A stretch of DNA of 6,856 nt from a virus (Duplodnaviria > Heunggongvirae > Uroviricota > Caudoviricetes), in IMG/VR virus record IMGVR_UViG_2675903433_000039, positions 1-6,856 of that record; one strand, 5' to 3'. This document shows, piece by piece, positions 1 through 6,213 of this stretch (position 1 is its first letter; every line of letters starts with the position of its first letter). A program made the position numbers and the translations under genes. The notes beneath the pieces were generated by a model. The model worked only from the letters and a program-made list of their open reading frames with translations, was not told where the DNA came from and did no database searches.

Positions 1-46
1 AGGTTGCTCCGGGCTATGAAATAGAAAAATGAATCCGTTGAAGCCT
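1..46. other. Host chromosomal DNA flanking the prophage (bacterial arm of the lambda attachment site)
   Basis: Sequence ...gaaatagaaaaatgaatccgttgaagcctgc immediately left of the att core matches my recollection of the E. coli attB left arm. It is not phage-like and lies outside int. Confidence 0.7.
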
Positions 47-60
47 GCTTTTTATACTAA
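47..60. other. attL: attL core (overlap region O) of a lambda-type attachment site
   Basis: gctttttatactaa at 47-60 corresponds to the lambda common core GCTTTTTTATACTAA as I recall it. It is flanked on the left by attB-like DNA and on the right by P'-arm sequence (gttggcattataaaaaagcattgc...), which is the B-O-P' arrangement of attL. The T-run is 5 T here against 6 in my memory of the canonical core. Confidence 0.85.
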
Positions 61-133
61 GTTGGCATTATAAAAAAGCATTGCTTATCAATTTGTTGCA
101 ACGAACAGGTCACTATCAGTCAAAATAAAATCA
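61..133. promoter_or_regulatory. attL P' arm with IHF H' site and three Int arm-type sites
   Basis: tatcaatttgttg at 86-98 fits the IHF consensus WATCAANNNNTTR. Three tandem arm-type Int sites follow: aggtcactat (107-116), cagtcaaaat (117-126), aaatcattat (127-136). The position directly upstream of the int stop is as in lambda. Confidence 0.8.
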
Positions 134-1204
134 TTATTTGATTTCAATTTTGTCCCACTCCCTGCCTCTGTCATCACGATACTGTGATGCCATGGTGTCC
201 GACTTATGCCCGAGAAGATGTTGAGCAAACTTATCGCTTATCTGCTTCTCATAGAGTCTTGCAGACAAACTGCGCAACTCGTGAAAGGTCGGCGGATCCC
301 CTTCGAAGGAAAGACCTGATGCTTTTCGTGCGCGCATAAAATACCTTGATACTGTGCCGGATGAAAGCGGTTCACGATGAGTAGATGCAATTATGGTTTC
401 TCCGCCAAGAATCTCTTTGCATTTATCAAGTGTTTCCTTCATTGATATCCCGAGAGCATCAACATGCAATGTTGTAGGGATGGCAATTTTTACGCCTGTT
501 TTGCTTTGCTCGACATAAAGATATCCATCTACGATATCAGACCACTTCATTTCGCATAAATCACCAACTCGCTGCCCGGTAACAACAGCCAGCTCCATTG
601 CAAGTCTTAGCCAACATGGTGATGATTCTGCTGCTTGATAAATTTTCAGGTATTCGTCAGCCGTAAGTCTTGATCTCCTTACCTCTGATTTTGCTGCGCG
701 AGTGGCAGCGACCGGGTTTGTTGTTATATGGCCTTCAGCTATTGCCTCTCGGAATGCATCGCTCAGTGTTGATCTGATTAACTTGGCTGACGCCGCCTTG
801 CCCTCGTCTATGTATCCACTGAGCATTGCCGCAATTTCTTTTGTGGTGATGTCTTCAAGTGGAGCATCAGGCAGCCCCCTCCTTATTGCTTTAATTTTGC
901 TCATGTAATTTATGAGAGTCTTCTGCTTGATTCCTCTGCTGGCGAGGATTTTTTCGTAGCGATCAAGCCATGAATGTAACGTAACAGAATTATCACTGTT
1001 GATTCTCGCTGTCAGAGGCTTGTGTTTGTGTCCTGAAAATAACTCAATGTTGGCCTGTATTGCTTCAGTGATTGCTATCCTCCTGTCTCGGCCTAATCCA
1101 AACTCTTTACCCGTCCTTGGGTCCCTGTAGCAGTAATATCCATTGTTTCTTATATAAAGATTAGGGGGTAAATCCCGGCGCTCATGACTTCGCCTTCTTC
1201 CCAT
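134..1204 (-). CDS. int: Tyrosine site-specific integrase, lambda Int
   Basis: 356-aa ORF whose translation (MGRRRSHERRDLPPNLYIRNNGYYCYRDPRTGKEF ... HLLGHKSDTMASQYRDDRGREWDKIEIK) matches lambda Int as I recall it, including the C-terminal catalytic region (HxLR ... Y in SQYRDD). Adjacent to attL and overlapping xis by 23 nt as in lambda. Confidence 0.97.
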   Translation of the reverse strand: MGRRRSHERRDLPPNLYIRNNGYYCYRDPRTGKEFGLGRDRRIAITEAIQANIELFSGHKHKPLTARINSDNSVTLHSWLDRYEKILASRGIKQKTLINYMSKIKAIRRGLPDAPLEDITTKEIAAMLSGYIDEGKAASAKLIRSTLSDAFREAIAEGHITTNPVAATRAAKSEVRRSRLTADEYLKIYQAAESSPCWLRLAMELAVVTGQRVGDLCEMKWSDIVDGYLYVEQSKTGVKIAIPTTLHVDALGISMKETLDKCKEILGGETIIASTHREPLSSGTVSRYFMRARKASGLSFEGDPPTFHELRSLSARLYEKQISDKFAQHLLGHKSDTMASQYRDDRGREWDKIEIK

Positions 1205-1400
1205 TTCTGATCCTCTTCAAAAGGCTACCTGTTACTGGTCGATTTAAGTCAACCTTTACCGCTGATTCGTGGAACAGATACTCTCTTCCATCCTTAACCG
1301 GAGGAGGGAATATCCTGCATTCGCGCACCCATCGACGAACTGTTTCAAGGCTTCTTGGGCGTCGCTGGCGTGCATTCCACTCCTGAAGTGTCAAGTACAT
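1182..1400 (-). CDS. xis: Excisionase, lambda Xis
   Basis: 72-aa ORF MYLTLQEWNARQRRPRSLETVRRWVRECRIFPPPVKDGREYLFHESAVKVDLNRPVTGSLLKRIRNGKKAKS matches lambda Xis from memory. Its 3' end overlaps the int start by 23 nt. Confidence 0.95.
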   Translation of the reverse strand: MYLTLQEWNARQRRPRSLETVRRWVRECRIFPPPVKDGREYLFHESAVKVDLNRPVTGSLLKRIRNGKKAKS

Positions 1401-1521
1401 CGCAAAGTCTCCGCAATTACACGCAAGAAAAGCCGCATTGATGCGGCGATGGTAGGTCTGGATATCATTGAGCCATGAACAGGCCTCATCGAGTGTGAGG
1501 CTGTGGTTAGTCCTTTCGTAA

Positions 1522-1719
1522 CTCGCTGATTCTCCTGTAAGTCTCTGGTGCTTTGTTTCCGTGTATCTTCATTTCGGCGCATGGGCTTGTAGCGCGTGTC
1601 ACGATGAAATCGACCGACGCACCCATAACCTCGACAACAAAGACGCCAGACTTTACCACCTCGAAGGCGTGATCAGGACGCAGGCGATACTGCTGAAGGA
1701 GGGGAAGATTAAGTCATGA
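1522..1719 (+). pseudogene. 3' remnant of a truncated nin-region gene upstream of rusA (no credible start codon)
   Basis: An open frame runs from the stop at 1519-1521 to a TGA at 1717-1719 that overlaps the rusA ATG (ATGA coupling). It reads ...VYLHFGAWACSACHDEIDRRTHNLDNKDARLYHLEGVIRTQAILLKEGKIKS*. It has no ATG and no Shine-Dalgarno at its 5' end, consistent with a gene truncated at a deletion or recombination junction. Identity not established. Confidence 0.3.
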
Positions 1720-2078
1720 ACGAATATCAGTTTGTGCTTCCATACCCGCCGTCGGTGAATACCTACTGGCGAAGACGGGGAAGCCAATACTACATCAGCG
1801 ATAAAGGCCAGAAATACCGAAAAGACGTTCAGCAAATCATCCACCAACTCAAGTTAGATATTTTCACCAAATCACGACTCCGCATCAAAGTAATCGCAGA
1901 CGTTCCAGACTCCCGCCGCCGCGACCTAGATAACATCCTGAAGGGTTTACTCGACTCCCTTATCCATGCCGGATTTGCGGAAGACGACGAGCAATTCGAT
2001 GACATTCGCGTAATTCGTGGTGTGAAAGTACCAGGCGGACGGCTTGGAATAAAAATCACCGAACTGGAGAACGCATGA
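1716..2078 (+). CDS. rusA: Holliday junction resolvase RusA (lambdoid nin-region endonuclease)
   Basis: 120-aa ORF with RusA hallmarks shared with E. coli K-12 RusA as I recall it: N-terminal LPYPPSVNTYW (K-12: LPWPPSNNRYY), the RRRDLDN motif with catalytic Asp residues, and C-terminal GGRLGIKITE. Same length as K-12 RusA. Good RBS (aggagg/ggaag) upstream; the stop overlaps the next ATG. Confidence 0.9.
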   Translation: MNEYQFVLPYPPSVNTYWRRRGSQYYISDKGQKYRKDVQQIIHQLKLDIFTKSRLRIKVIADVPDSRRRDLDNILKGLLDSLIHAGFAEDDEQFDDIRVIRGVKVPGGRLGIKITELENA

Positions 2079-2263
2079 ACGCCACAATTCAAACGATACC
2101 AGAGCTTCTTATCCAGACACGAGGCAATCAGACCGAAGTGGCGAGGATGCTTTCCTGCGCAAGAGGAACAGTGCTCAAGTACAACCGAGACAGCAAAGGC
2201 GAGCGTCATGTAATAGTTAACGGCGTCCTGATGGTCAAACAGGGCAAGAGGGGAAGACGATGA
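2075..2263 (+). CDS. ninH: NinH-like small DNA-binding protein (nin region)
   Basis: 62-aa ORF MNATIQTIPELLIQTRGNQTEVARMLSCARGTVLKYNRDSKGERHVIVNGVLMVKQGKRGRR resembles lambda NinH as I recall it (..KTIPDML..YGNQTEVARRL.CSRGTV.KY..D..G..H.IVN.VLMV..). Translationally coupled to rusA (ATGA). The C-terminus diverges from lambda NinH just before the low-GC insertion. Confidence 0.75.
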   Translation: MNATIQTIPELLIQTRGNQTEVARMLSCARGTVLKYNRDSKGERHVIVNGVLMVKQGKRGRR

Positions 2264-2391
2264 GACTCGAAAGCGTAGCTAAATTTCATTCGCCAAAAAG
2301 CCCGATGATGAGCGACTCACTACTGGCCACAGTTTATTGGTTTTCGTAACTGAGTCATTTTATTATTTTATTGCAACTTTTAATCTTTTAT

Positions 2392-2428
2392 AGTGCGAAA
2401 TAAATGGAGCTGGCATTCATTTCGCACT
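2392..2428 (+). terminator. Perfect 10-bp inverted repeat (agtgcgaaat / atttcgcact) with a 17-nt loop, followed by a T-rich tract; possible terminator of rightward nin transcription
   Basis: Arms at 2392-2401 and 2419-2428 are exact reverse complements. ttatgtttttgttgg follows on the plus strand. The loop is long for a canonical intrinsic terminator, hence the low confidence. Confidence 0.3.
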
Positions 2429-2474
2429 TTATGTTTTTGTTGGACTTATGTTATTTTGATTGAATTCAATTCAG

Positions 2475-3434
2475 TTAAAAAAAGAAGGTGATTGCTCCAT
2501 TTATAAATGAATAGTCATCCCCTGTCTTGAATTCTGATGTTACTTTATTAAATGCTAGTGTGAAGGCTACAGGTGCATACCCAATTGTTGCGCCAACTTG
2601 ATATTCATCAACAGTTTTGTTTAGCGATACTGTTGTTTGTTTCGTCTGTATTGTTTTTCCTTCGAGAGTATAGTTGCGATTGACATCTCGTCTTTCCATA
2701 CCTGCAAAAATCTTGTATTTGAATCCGCTTGTATCGGACATATGCATTAAACCACGGGGAGCCAGCAGACCAAAGCCATTATCCGAATTGAAGGTTTTAT
2801 CATTACCAATGGCAATGGTTGCGCCATATGCTACATATTGAAATAAGTTTCCAGTAACAGCAGAAACTTCAGGGTATAATCCAACATTAGCACCTAAAAT
2901 ATCCATACTTGGTGTCATGGATAGCATCCCTTTTACAGTATAACCGTAGCGATTCTCTATTTGATCATCCCATGCATGATATTTTTCTGCCCCAATAATC
3001 TCATGAGCTTTATTTTGTACTTTCTGACCGCCTGCGTCGGGGCCAACAACACCTATGTCAGTACCTAATCGATAGCGAATCCAGTCATTCGCAAGGGAGT
3101 TCCATTCAATACCAGTGTGAGTGTATGCACTAAAAGCTCTGTCTCCAGTTACAGCTGTGTTGTGTCTTTTATTACTGCCTGATGGAGAGTAAATATCTTG
3201 CGCAATATGGAGAGATAATTGGCTCGAGTCTGAGATATCGTGGCTATATCCCAGAAATAAGCCTTGTGAGTAATCATCTCTGTTTTCATGTTTATTGCCA
3301 TAAATATCATTAAGTATTGGTTGAAACTTCCCTGCATCATCATTTGCTAATGATAATGCAAGGCTGTTCGCGATAGCTGAACACGTGGTAAATGACAGAG
3401 CAATAAAGACGCCAGCGATGACACTTTTTTTCAT
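2475..3434 (-). CDS. lpxR: Outer-membrane lipid A 3'-O-deacylase LpxR (beta-barrel, signal peptide); prophage accessory gene
   Basis: 319-aa ORF with an N-terminal signal peptide (MKKSVIAGVFIALSFTTCSAIA) and a C-terminal aromatic ...ITFFF typical of outer-membrane beta-barrels. Length and sequence character match Salmonella LpxR and its E. coli O157 prophage orthologue as I recall them. RBS GGAAG lies 10 nt upstream of the ATG. Low GC relative to the flanking phage genes. Confidence 0.7.
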   Translation of the reverse strand: MKKSVIAGVFIALSFTTCSAIANSLALSLANDDAGKFQPILNDIYGNKHENRDDYSQGLFLGYSHDISDSSQLSLHIAQDIYSPSGSNKRHNTAVTGDRAFSAYTHTGIEWNSLANDWIRYRLGTDIGVVGPDAGGQKVQNKAHEIIGAEKYHAWDDQIENRYGYTVKGMLSMTPSMDILGANVGLYPEVSAVTGNLFQYVAYGATIAIGNDKTFNSDNGFGLLAPRGLMHMSDTSGFKYKIFAGMERRDVNRNYTLEGKTIQTKQTTVSLNKTVDEYQVGATIGYAPVAFTLAFNKVTSEFKTGDDYSFINGAITFFF

Positions 3435-3720
3435 ATGTTATTGTCTTCCTTTTTTTTGAATGGTGCGCGTATTTTACATACATGAGTTTGTAATACAAGG
3501 TGCGTAATCAATATGATGTTTTATAATTGCGTGAGACAATTGATTTATTCGTTTTTTATTGCGGTTTTTATTATCTTTTAATGTAACGGTGTTTTTATTA
3601 AGTGTGTTTGCGTGGTGTTTTATGTTTTTTATAATTTTTATTTTATTAAATTTAAAAGCATTAGTAATGGCTATTCTATATAGCAATATAAGAACTGTTA
3701 CAAAAAAAGGGGGGGCAATT
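3435..3720. promoter_or_regulatory. AT-rich, T-tract-phased (probably intrinsically curved) upstream region of lpxR; likely promoter and silencing region
   Basis: Very AT-rich intergenic DNA with T-runs recurring at roughly helical spacing between about 3550 and 3650. Lies directly upstream of the lpxR start (minus strand) and divergent from the Q-like gene. Confidence 0.3.
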
Positions 3721-3909
3721 ACAGGTAGTTATGGATGATGAGTGAAACAGATATTGGAGAACCGGGGAATGAATGATGTCTGAGTCTTATATATCAGAAC
3801 TCCTTCGCTGTCGCTGGGGGCTCCTGTGCTTATGTCGTTTCCCCGATTCGGTTTTGAACGATTACCGAATGTTGAAGAATTATGCCAAAATATAGAAAGG
3901 ATTTACTGC

Positions 3910-4599
3910 ATGAATACCCAATATTTACAGTATGTTCGTGAGCAACTTATGGCAGCTACTGCTGACTTGAACGGAGCAACGAAAGGCCAGCTCGAAGCCT
4001 GGCAGGAGCATGCACAATTTGATACTGGTACATACAAACGAAAGAAGCCGCGCATTCTGGATGTGGTAACTGGCAAGATGATTACGCTGGATAATACGCC
4101 GACTTCCGGTAAGCAGTCGTACGCAAAAGGTTCATCCATTGCTTTGGTCAGCCCGGTTGAATTCTCAACCTCTTCATGGCGCCGCGCGGTTTTGTCTCTC
4201 GATGAACATCAGAAAGCATGGTTGCTTTGGTGTTACAGCGAAAGCGTTCGATGGGGGCATCAGGTCACCATAACGCAATGGGCATGGAGCGAGTTTAAAG
4301 ATTTGTTAAGTAACAGAAAAATTGCAGGTAAGACACTGGATCGCCTGAAGACGTTAATCTGGCTGGCTGCACAGGATGTGAAGAGCGAACTTGCAGGGCG
4401 TGAGGCCTATGAATACCAGACACTGGCATCATTGGTGGGAGTGACAACAAAAAACTGGTCCGAGACATTTACTGAACGCTGGGTTGCAATGAAGCACATT
4501 TTTCTACAGCTTGATAGTGATGCTTTATTGCTTGTGACGAGAACACGTTCAAAACAAAAGGCAGCATTTTTACAGCAAAATATTGCAAAACTGGATTAA
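3910..4599 (+). CDS. Putative late-gene antiterminator Q (large Q-like family of lambdoid prophages); the longest ORF starts at 3826
   Basis: Located between the nin genes and the lysis cassette, where Q sits in lambdoid phages. The ~230-257 aa size is consistent with the large Q variants annotated in E. coli prophages. The ATG at 3910 has a good RBS (aaagga, 8 nt spacer); the upstream in-frame ATG at 3826 has a weaker one. Assignment is by position and general resemblance, not verified by search. Confidence 0.55.
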   Translation: MNTQYLQYVREQLMAATADLNGATKGQLEAWQEHAQFDTGTYKRKKPRILDVVTGKMITLDNTPTSGKQSYAKGSSIALVSPVEFSTSSWRRAVLSLDEHQKAWLLWCYSESVRWGHQVTITQWAWSEFKDLLSNRKIAGKTLDRLKTLIWLAAQDVKSELAGREAYEYQTLASLVGVTTKNWSETFTERWVAMKHIFLQLDSDALLLVTRTRSKQKAAFLQQNIAKLD

Positions 4600-4647
4600 A
4601 AGCCATATACTTCATGCAAATTTGGTATGTTGTAAAAAATGTATAAA

Positions 4648-4671
4648 CCCGCTGCCGAGTGGGTTTTTTTT
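4648..4671 (+). terminator. Rho-independent terminator-like hairpin ~50 bp downstream of the Q-like gene
   Basis: Stem cccgct (4648-4653) / agtggg (4658-4663) with one G-U pair, loop gccg, followed by a run of 8 T (4664-4671). An A-tract upstream (aaaaaatgtataaa) could make it bidirectional. Confidence 0.5.
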
Positions 4672-4743
4672 ATGCCCTGAGTTGTACTTGTACGGTAAAC
4701 ATGCTGGCTGCTATGTAATAGAGTTTTTTTAGCCTGTAACCTC

Positions 4744-4773
4744 TTGACGGCATTGAATTGCTTTTGTTATGAG
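4744..4773 (+). promoter_or_regulatory. Sigma70-like promoter candidate upstream of the membrane-protein gene (possible late promoter pR' or moron promoter)
   Basis: TTGACG (4744-4749), a 17-18 bp spacer, then TTATGA/TATGAG. The spacer contains ATTGAA at the same position as in lambda pR' (TTGACTtATTGAA...) as I recall it. A tandem TTGTAC TTGTAC repeat at 4682-4693 lies just upstream. Confidence 0.3.
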
Positions 4774-4810
4774 TTGTAAGCCAATGTTATCATCTTGTAT
4801 TGGGGTGGTT

Positions 4811-5527
4811 ATGAAGGATGGTGCGCTGCTCAGGAGTTCTTCACTTTTTATTGCCTACATGGGATGCCTTGGATGGGGGAGTGCTTATTTCTATGGATGG
4901 GGTACTTCTTTTTACTACGGCTTCCCATGGTGGATTGTAGGTGCAGGTGTTGATGATGTTGCCAGAAGTTTATTTTTTGCAGTTATCGTCATTGCTATAT
5001 TTCTTATCGGTTGGGGTATTGGTGTTGTATTCTTTTTCGCAGTGAAAAGAAAACATTCTATGCAAGAGCTAAATGTATTTCGCCTTTATTTTGCTGTGGA
5101 ATTATTGTTTGTGCCGGCAATTATTGAGTTTTCTATATTGAGACAGAAGATTCAGGTACCTCTTTTGCTACTGTCAGCAGCGATTGCGCTGGCGGTTACA
5201 ATTTCGATAAGATCTTATGGGCGATTTTTATCGGTATCATGCTTCTATGATAAGCCATTTATAAAAAAACATTTTTTTGAGATTGTGATGATTGCTTTTG
5301 TGGCATATTTTTGGCTTTTTTCATTTCTGACAGGATATTACAAACCACAGTTTAAGAAAGAATATGAAATGATTAATTATAATGATGGTTGGTATTATGT
5401 TCTTGCTCGTTATGATAATTGTCTGGTTTTGTCTACTTCTTTCAATGCAGGTAGTAAAAGGTTTGTCATTTATCAATCAGCACAAGATAAGAATCTTCAG
5501 GTTGATATTGTAAGGACCAGAATTTAA
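4811..5527 (+). CDS. Uncharacterised integral membrane protein (about five predicted TM helices plus a ~60-aa C-terminal soluble domain); low-GC accessory gene
   Basis: Long ORF (maximal 4769-5527; alternative starts at 4769, 4784 and 4811, with gggg/ggtgg upstream of 4811). Hydrophobic segments include FAVIVIAIFLIGWGIGVVFFFAV, LYFAVELLFVPAIIEFSIL, LLLLSAAIALAVTISI and FFEIVMIAFVAYFWLFSFLTGYY, with an aromatic/Gly-rich N-terminal segment (GWGSAYFYGWGTSFYYGFPWW). Codon usage is AT-rich compared with neighbouring phage genes. No family recognised. Confidence 0.7.
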   Translation: MKDGALLRSSSLFIAYMGCLGWGSAYFYGWGTSFYYGFPWWIVGAGVDDVARSLFFAVIVIAIFLIGWGIGVVFFFAVKRKHSMQELNVFRLYFAVELLFVPAIIEFSILRQKIQVPLLLLSAAIALAVTISIRSYGRFLSVSCFYDKPFIKKHFFEIVMIAFVAYFWLFSFLTGYYKPQFKKEYEMINYNDGWYYVLARYDNCLVLSTSFNAGSKRFVIYQSAQDKNLQVDIVRTRI

Positions 5528-5660
5528 TTGGCTGCATAAATAATATTTTAAGTTGCAAGTTGGCTATTCGTAGGAATAGAACCTTAGGCATGCTGAATGC
5601 GTTTTCTGAACATTGTTTTATAAACTGTGTCTGCTTGCTGTTGTGATCCTGCTTTTAGTG

Positions 5661-5771
5661 ATGGTGATGATGGATTTCACCAGCAGGATAATGTTGGTAC
5701 TGACTGATGGCGCTCTGGTCTGCGGCATTGTGGTATTGCTGTGGCCGATGATGAAAGAACAGAATGAATAA
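5661..5771 (+). CDS. Hypothetical 36-aa hydrophobic micro-protein (MVMMDFTSRIMLVLTDGALVCGIVVLLWPMMKEQNE)
   Basis: Short ORF with one predicted TM segment, ending 3 nt before the -35 of the downstream promoter-like element. It has no obvious Shine-Dalgarno and contains the rare AGG-ATA codon pair, so coding status is uncertain. Confidence 0.2.
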   Translation: MVMMDFTSRIMLVLTDGALVCGIVVLLWPMMKEQNE

Positions 5772-5774
5772 TTC

Positions 5775-5803
5775 TTGACTTTTTTGTTTACTGTTTATTA
5801 AAA
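5775..5803 (+). promoter_or_regulatory. Late-promoter-like element (pR' candidate): TTGACT -35, ~17 bp spacer, A/T-rich -10
   Basis: TTGACT at 5775-5780, then a 17-bp spacer and TTAAAA (or TATTAA with a shorter spacer). An intrinsic terminator lies about 175 nt downstream and the holin start about 410 bp beyond that, a geometry like the lambda pR'-tR'-S arrangement as I recall it. Confidence 0.35.
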
Positions 5804-5957
5804 AATCAACCGCATGGTGAATCCTCCTTGGAGGGGCTAAATGATCGAGTTTTAAGGGCACGTAGCGAGTTCTGTTTGATCATTGCAGAACTTAGCGGGA
5901 GGCGCCATGCGTACATCACTAATGTTATTTCCTTCTATCATTTTCCTTGTGAGTTCT

Positions 5958-5984
5958 GGCTGCGCATGGCGCGGCCTTTTTTTT
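5958..5984 (+). terminator. Rho-independent terminator (tR'-like) in the late leader
   Basis: GC-rich stem ggctgcgc (5958-5965) / gcgcggcc (5969-5976) with one G-U pair and a short loop, followed by 8 consecutive T (5977-5984). Confidence 0.55.
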
Positions 5985-6173
5985 ATGACCTGCCACTGGC
6001 AGATGGTCATCCTGTGATTTGATTCCGGTTCCGGCTTTTTAACTCTGTTCCTGTACACGGGAGAAATTCTATGTCGATTAATCGTTATGATATTGGTTAC
6101 AAGAAGTACCACGTATTGTGTTGAGATAGAAAGCATGGTGCCAGAGGTAAATGCAGCAGCATAATAAAAAAGA

Positions 6174-6213
6174 GCCAGCGCAGAAGAGAACGGGTAAAAG
6201 AGTCTGCGCTGGC
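6174..6213. repeat. Perfect 11-bp inverted repeat (gccagcgcaga / tctgcgctggc) with an 18-nt loop, adjacent to a second small GGGG/CCCC hairpin
   Basis: Arms at 6174-6184 and 6203-6213 are exact reverse complements. On the minus strand the structure is followed by ctcttttttattat, so it could act as a minus-strand terminator. ggggatattcccc follows at 6216-6228. Confidence 0.4.

Noticed and set aside
702-908. 68-aa plus-strand ORF inside int
   Set aside because: Entirely antisense to the well-supported int CDS; no RBS; composition consistent with a chance antisense ORF.
1269-1478. 69-aa plus-strand ORF overlapping xis
   Set aside because: Antisense to xis for most of its length; no RBS; not a known lambda gene.
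1391-1582. 63-aa minus-strand ORF right of xis
   Set aside because: Spans the presumed recombination junction with no RBS; overlaps the plus-strand gene remnant; likely chance.
1653-1847. 64-aa minus-strand ORF overlapping the rusA start
   Set aside because: Antisense to rusA, whose identification is strong.
1829-2209. 126-aa minus-strand ORF across rusA and ninH
   Set aside because: Antisense to two translationally coupled, recognisable nin genes; Ser/Arg-rich translation typical of antisense frames.
3149-3343. 64-aa minus-strand ORF nested inside lpxR in another frame
   Set aside because: Fully embedded in the lpxR coding region on the same strand; out-of-frame artefact.
3474-3686. 70-aa Lys/Asn-rich minus-strand ORF in the lpxR upstream region
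   Set aside because: Low-complexity translation of AT-rich curved DNA; no RBS; region better explained as regulatory.
3903-4139. 78-aa minus-strand ORF inside the Q-like gene
   Set aside because: Antisense to a longer, better-supported CDS.
5564-5579. Hairpin ctattc-gtag-gaatag downstream of the membrane-protein gene as its terminator
   Set aside because: AT-rich 6-bp stem with no following T-tract; unlikely to function as an intrinsic terminator.
5655-5861. 68-aa minus-strand ORF ending in a His-run
   Set aside because: The His-run is the reverse complement of the ATG/GTG repeats of the plus-strand micro-ORF; it spans the promoter-like element; artefact.
5828-6022. 64-aa plus-strand ORF across the tR'-like terminator
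   Set aside because: No RBS; crosses the hairpin and T-tract; a different frame from the signal-peptide-like micro-ORF, which is itself doubtful.
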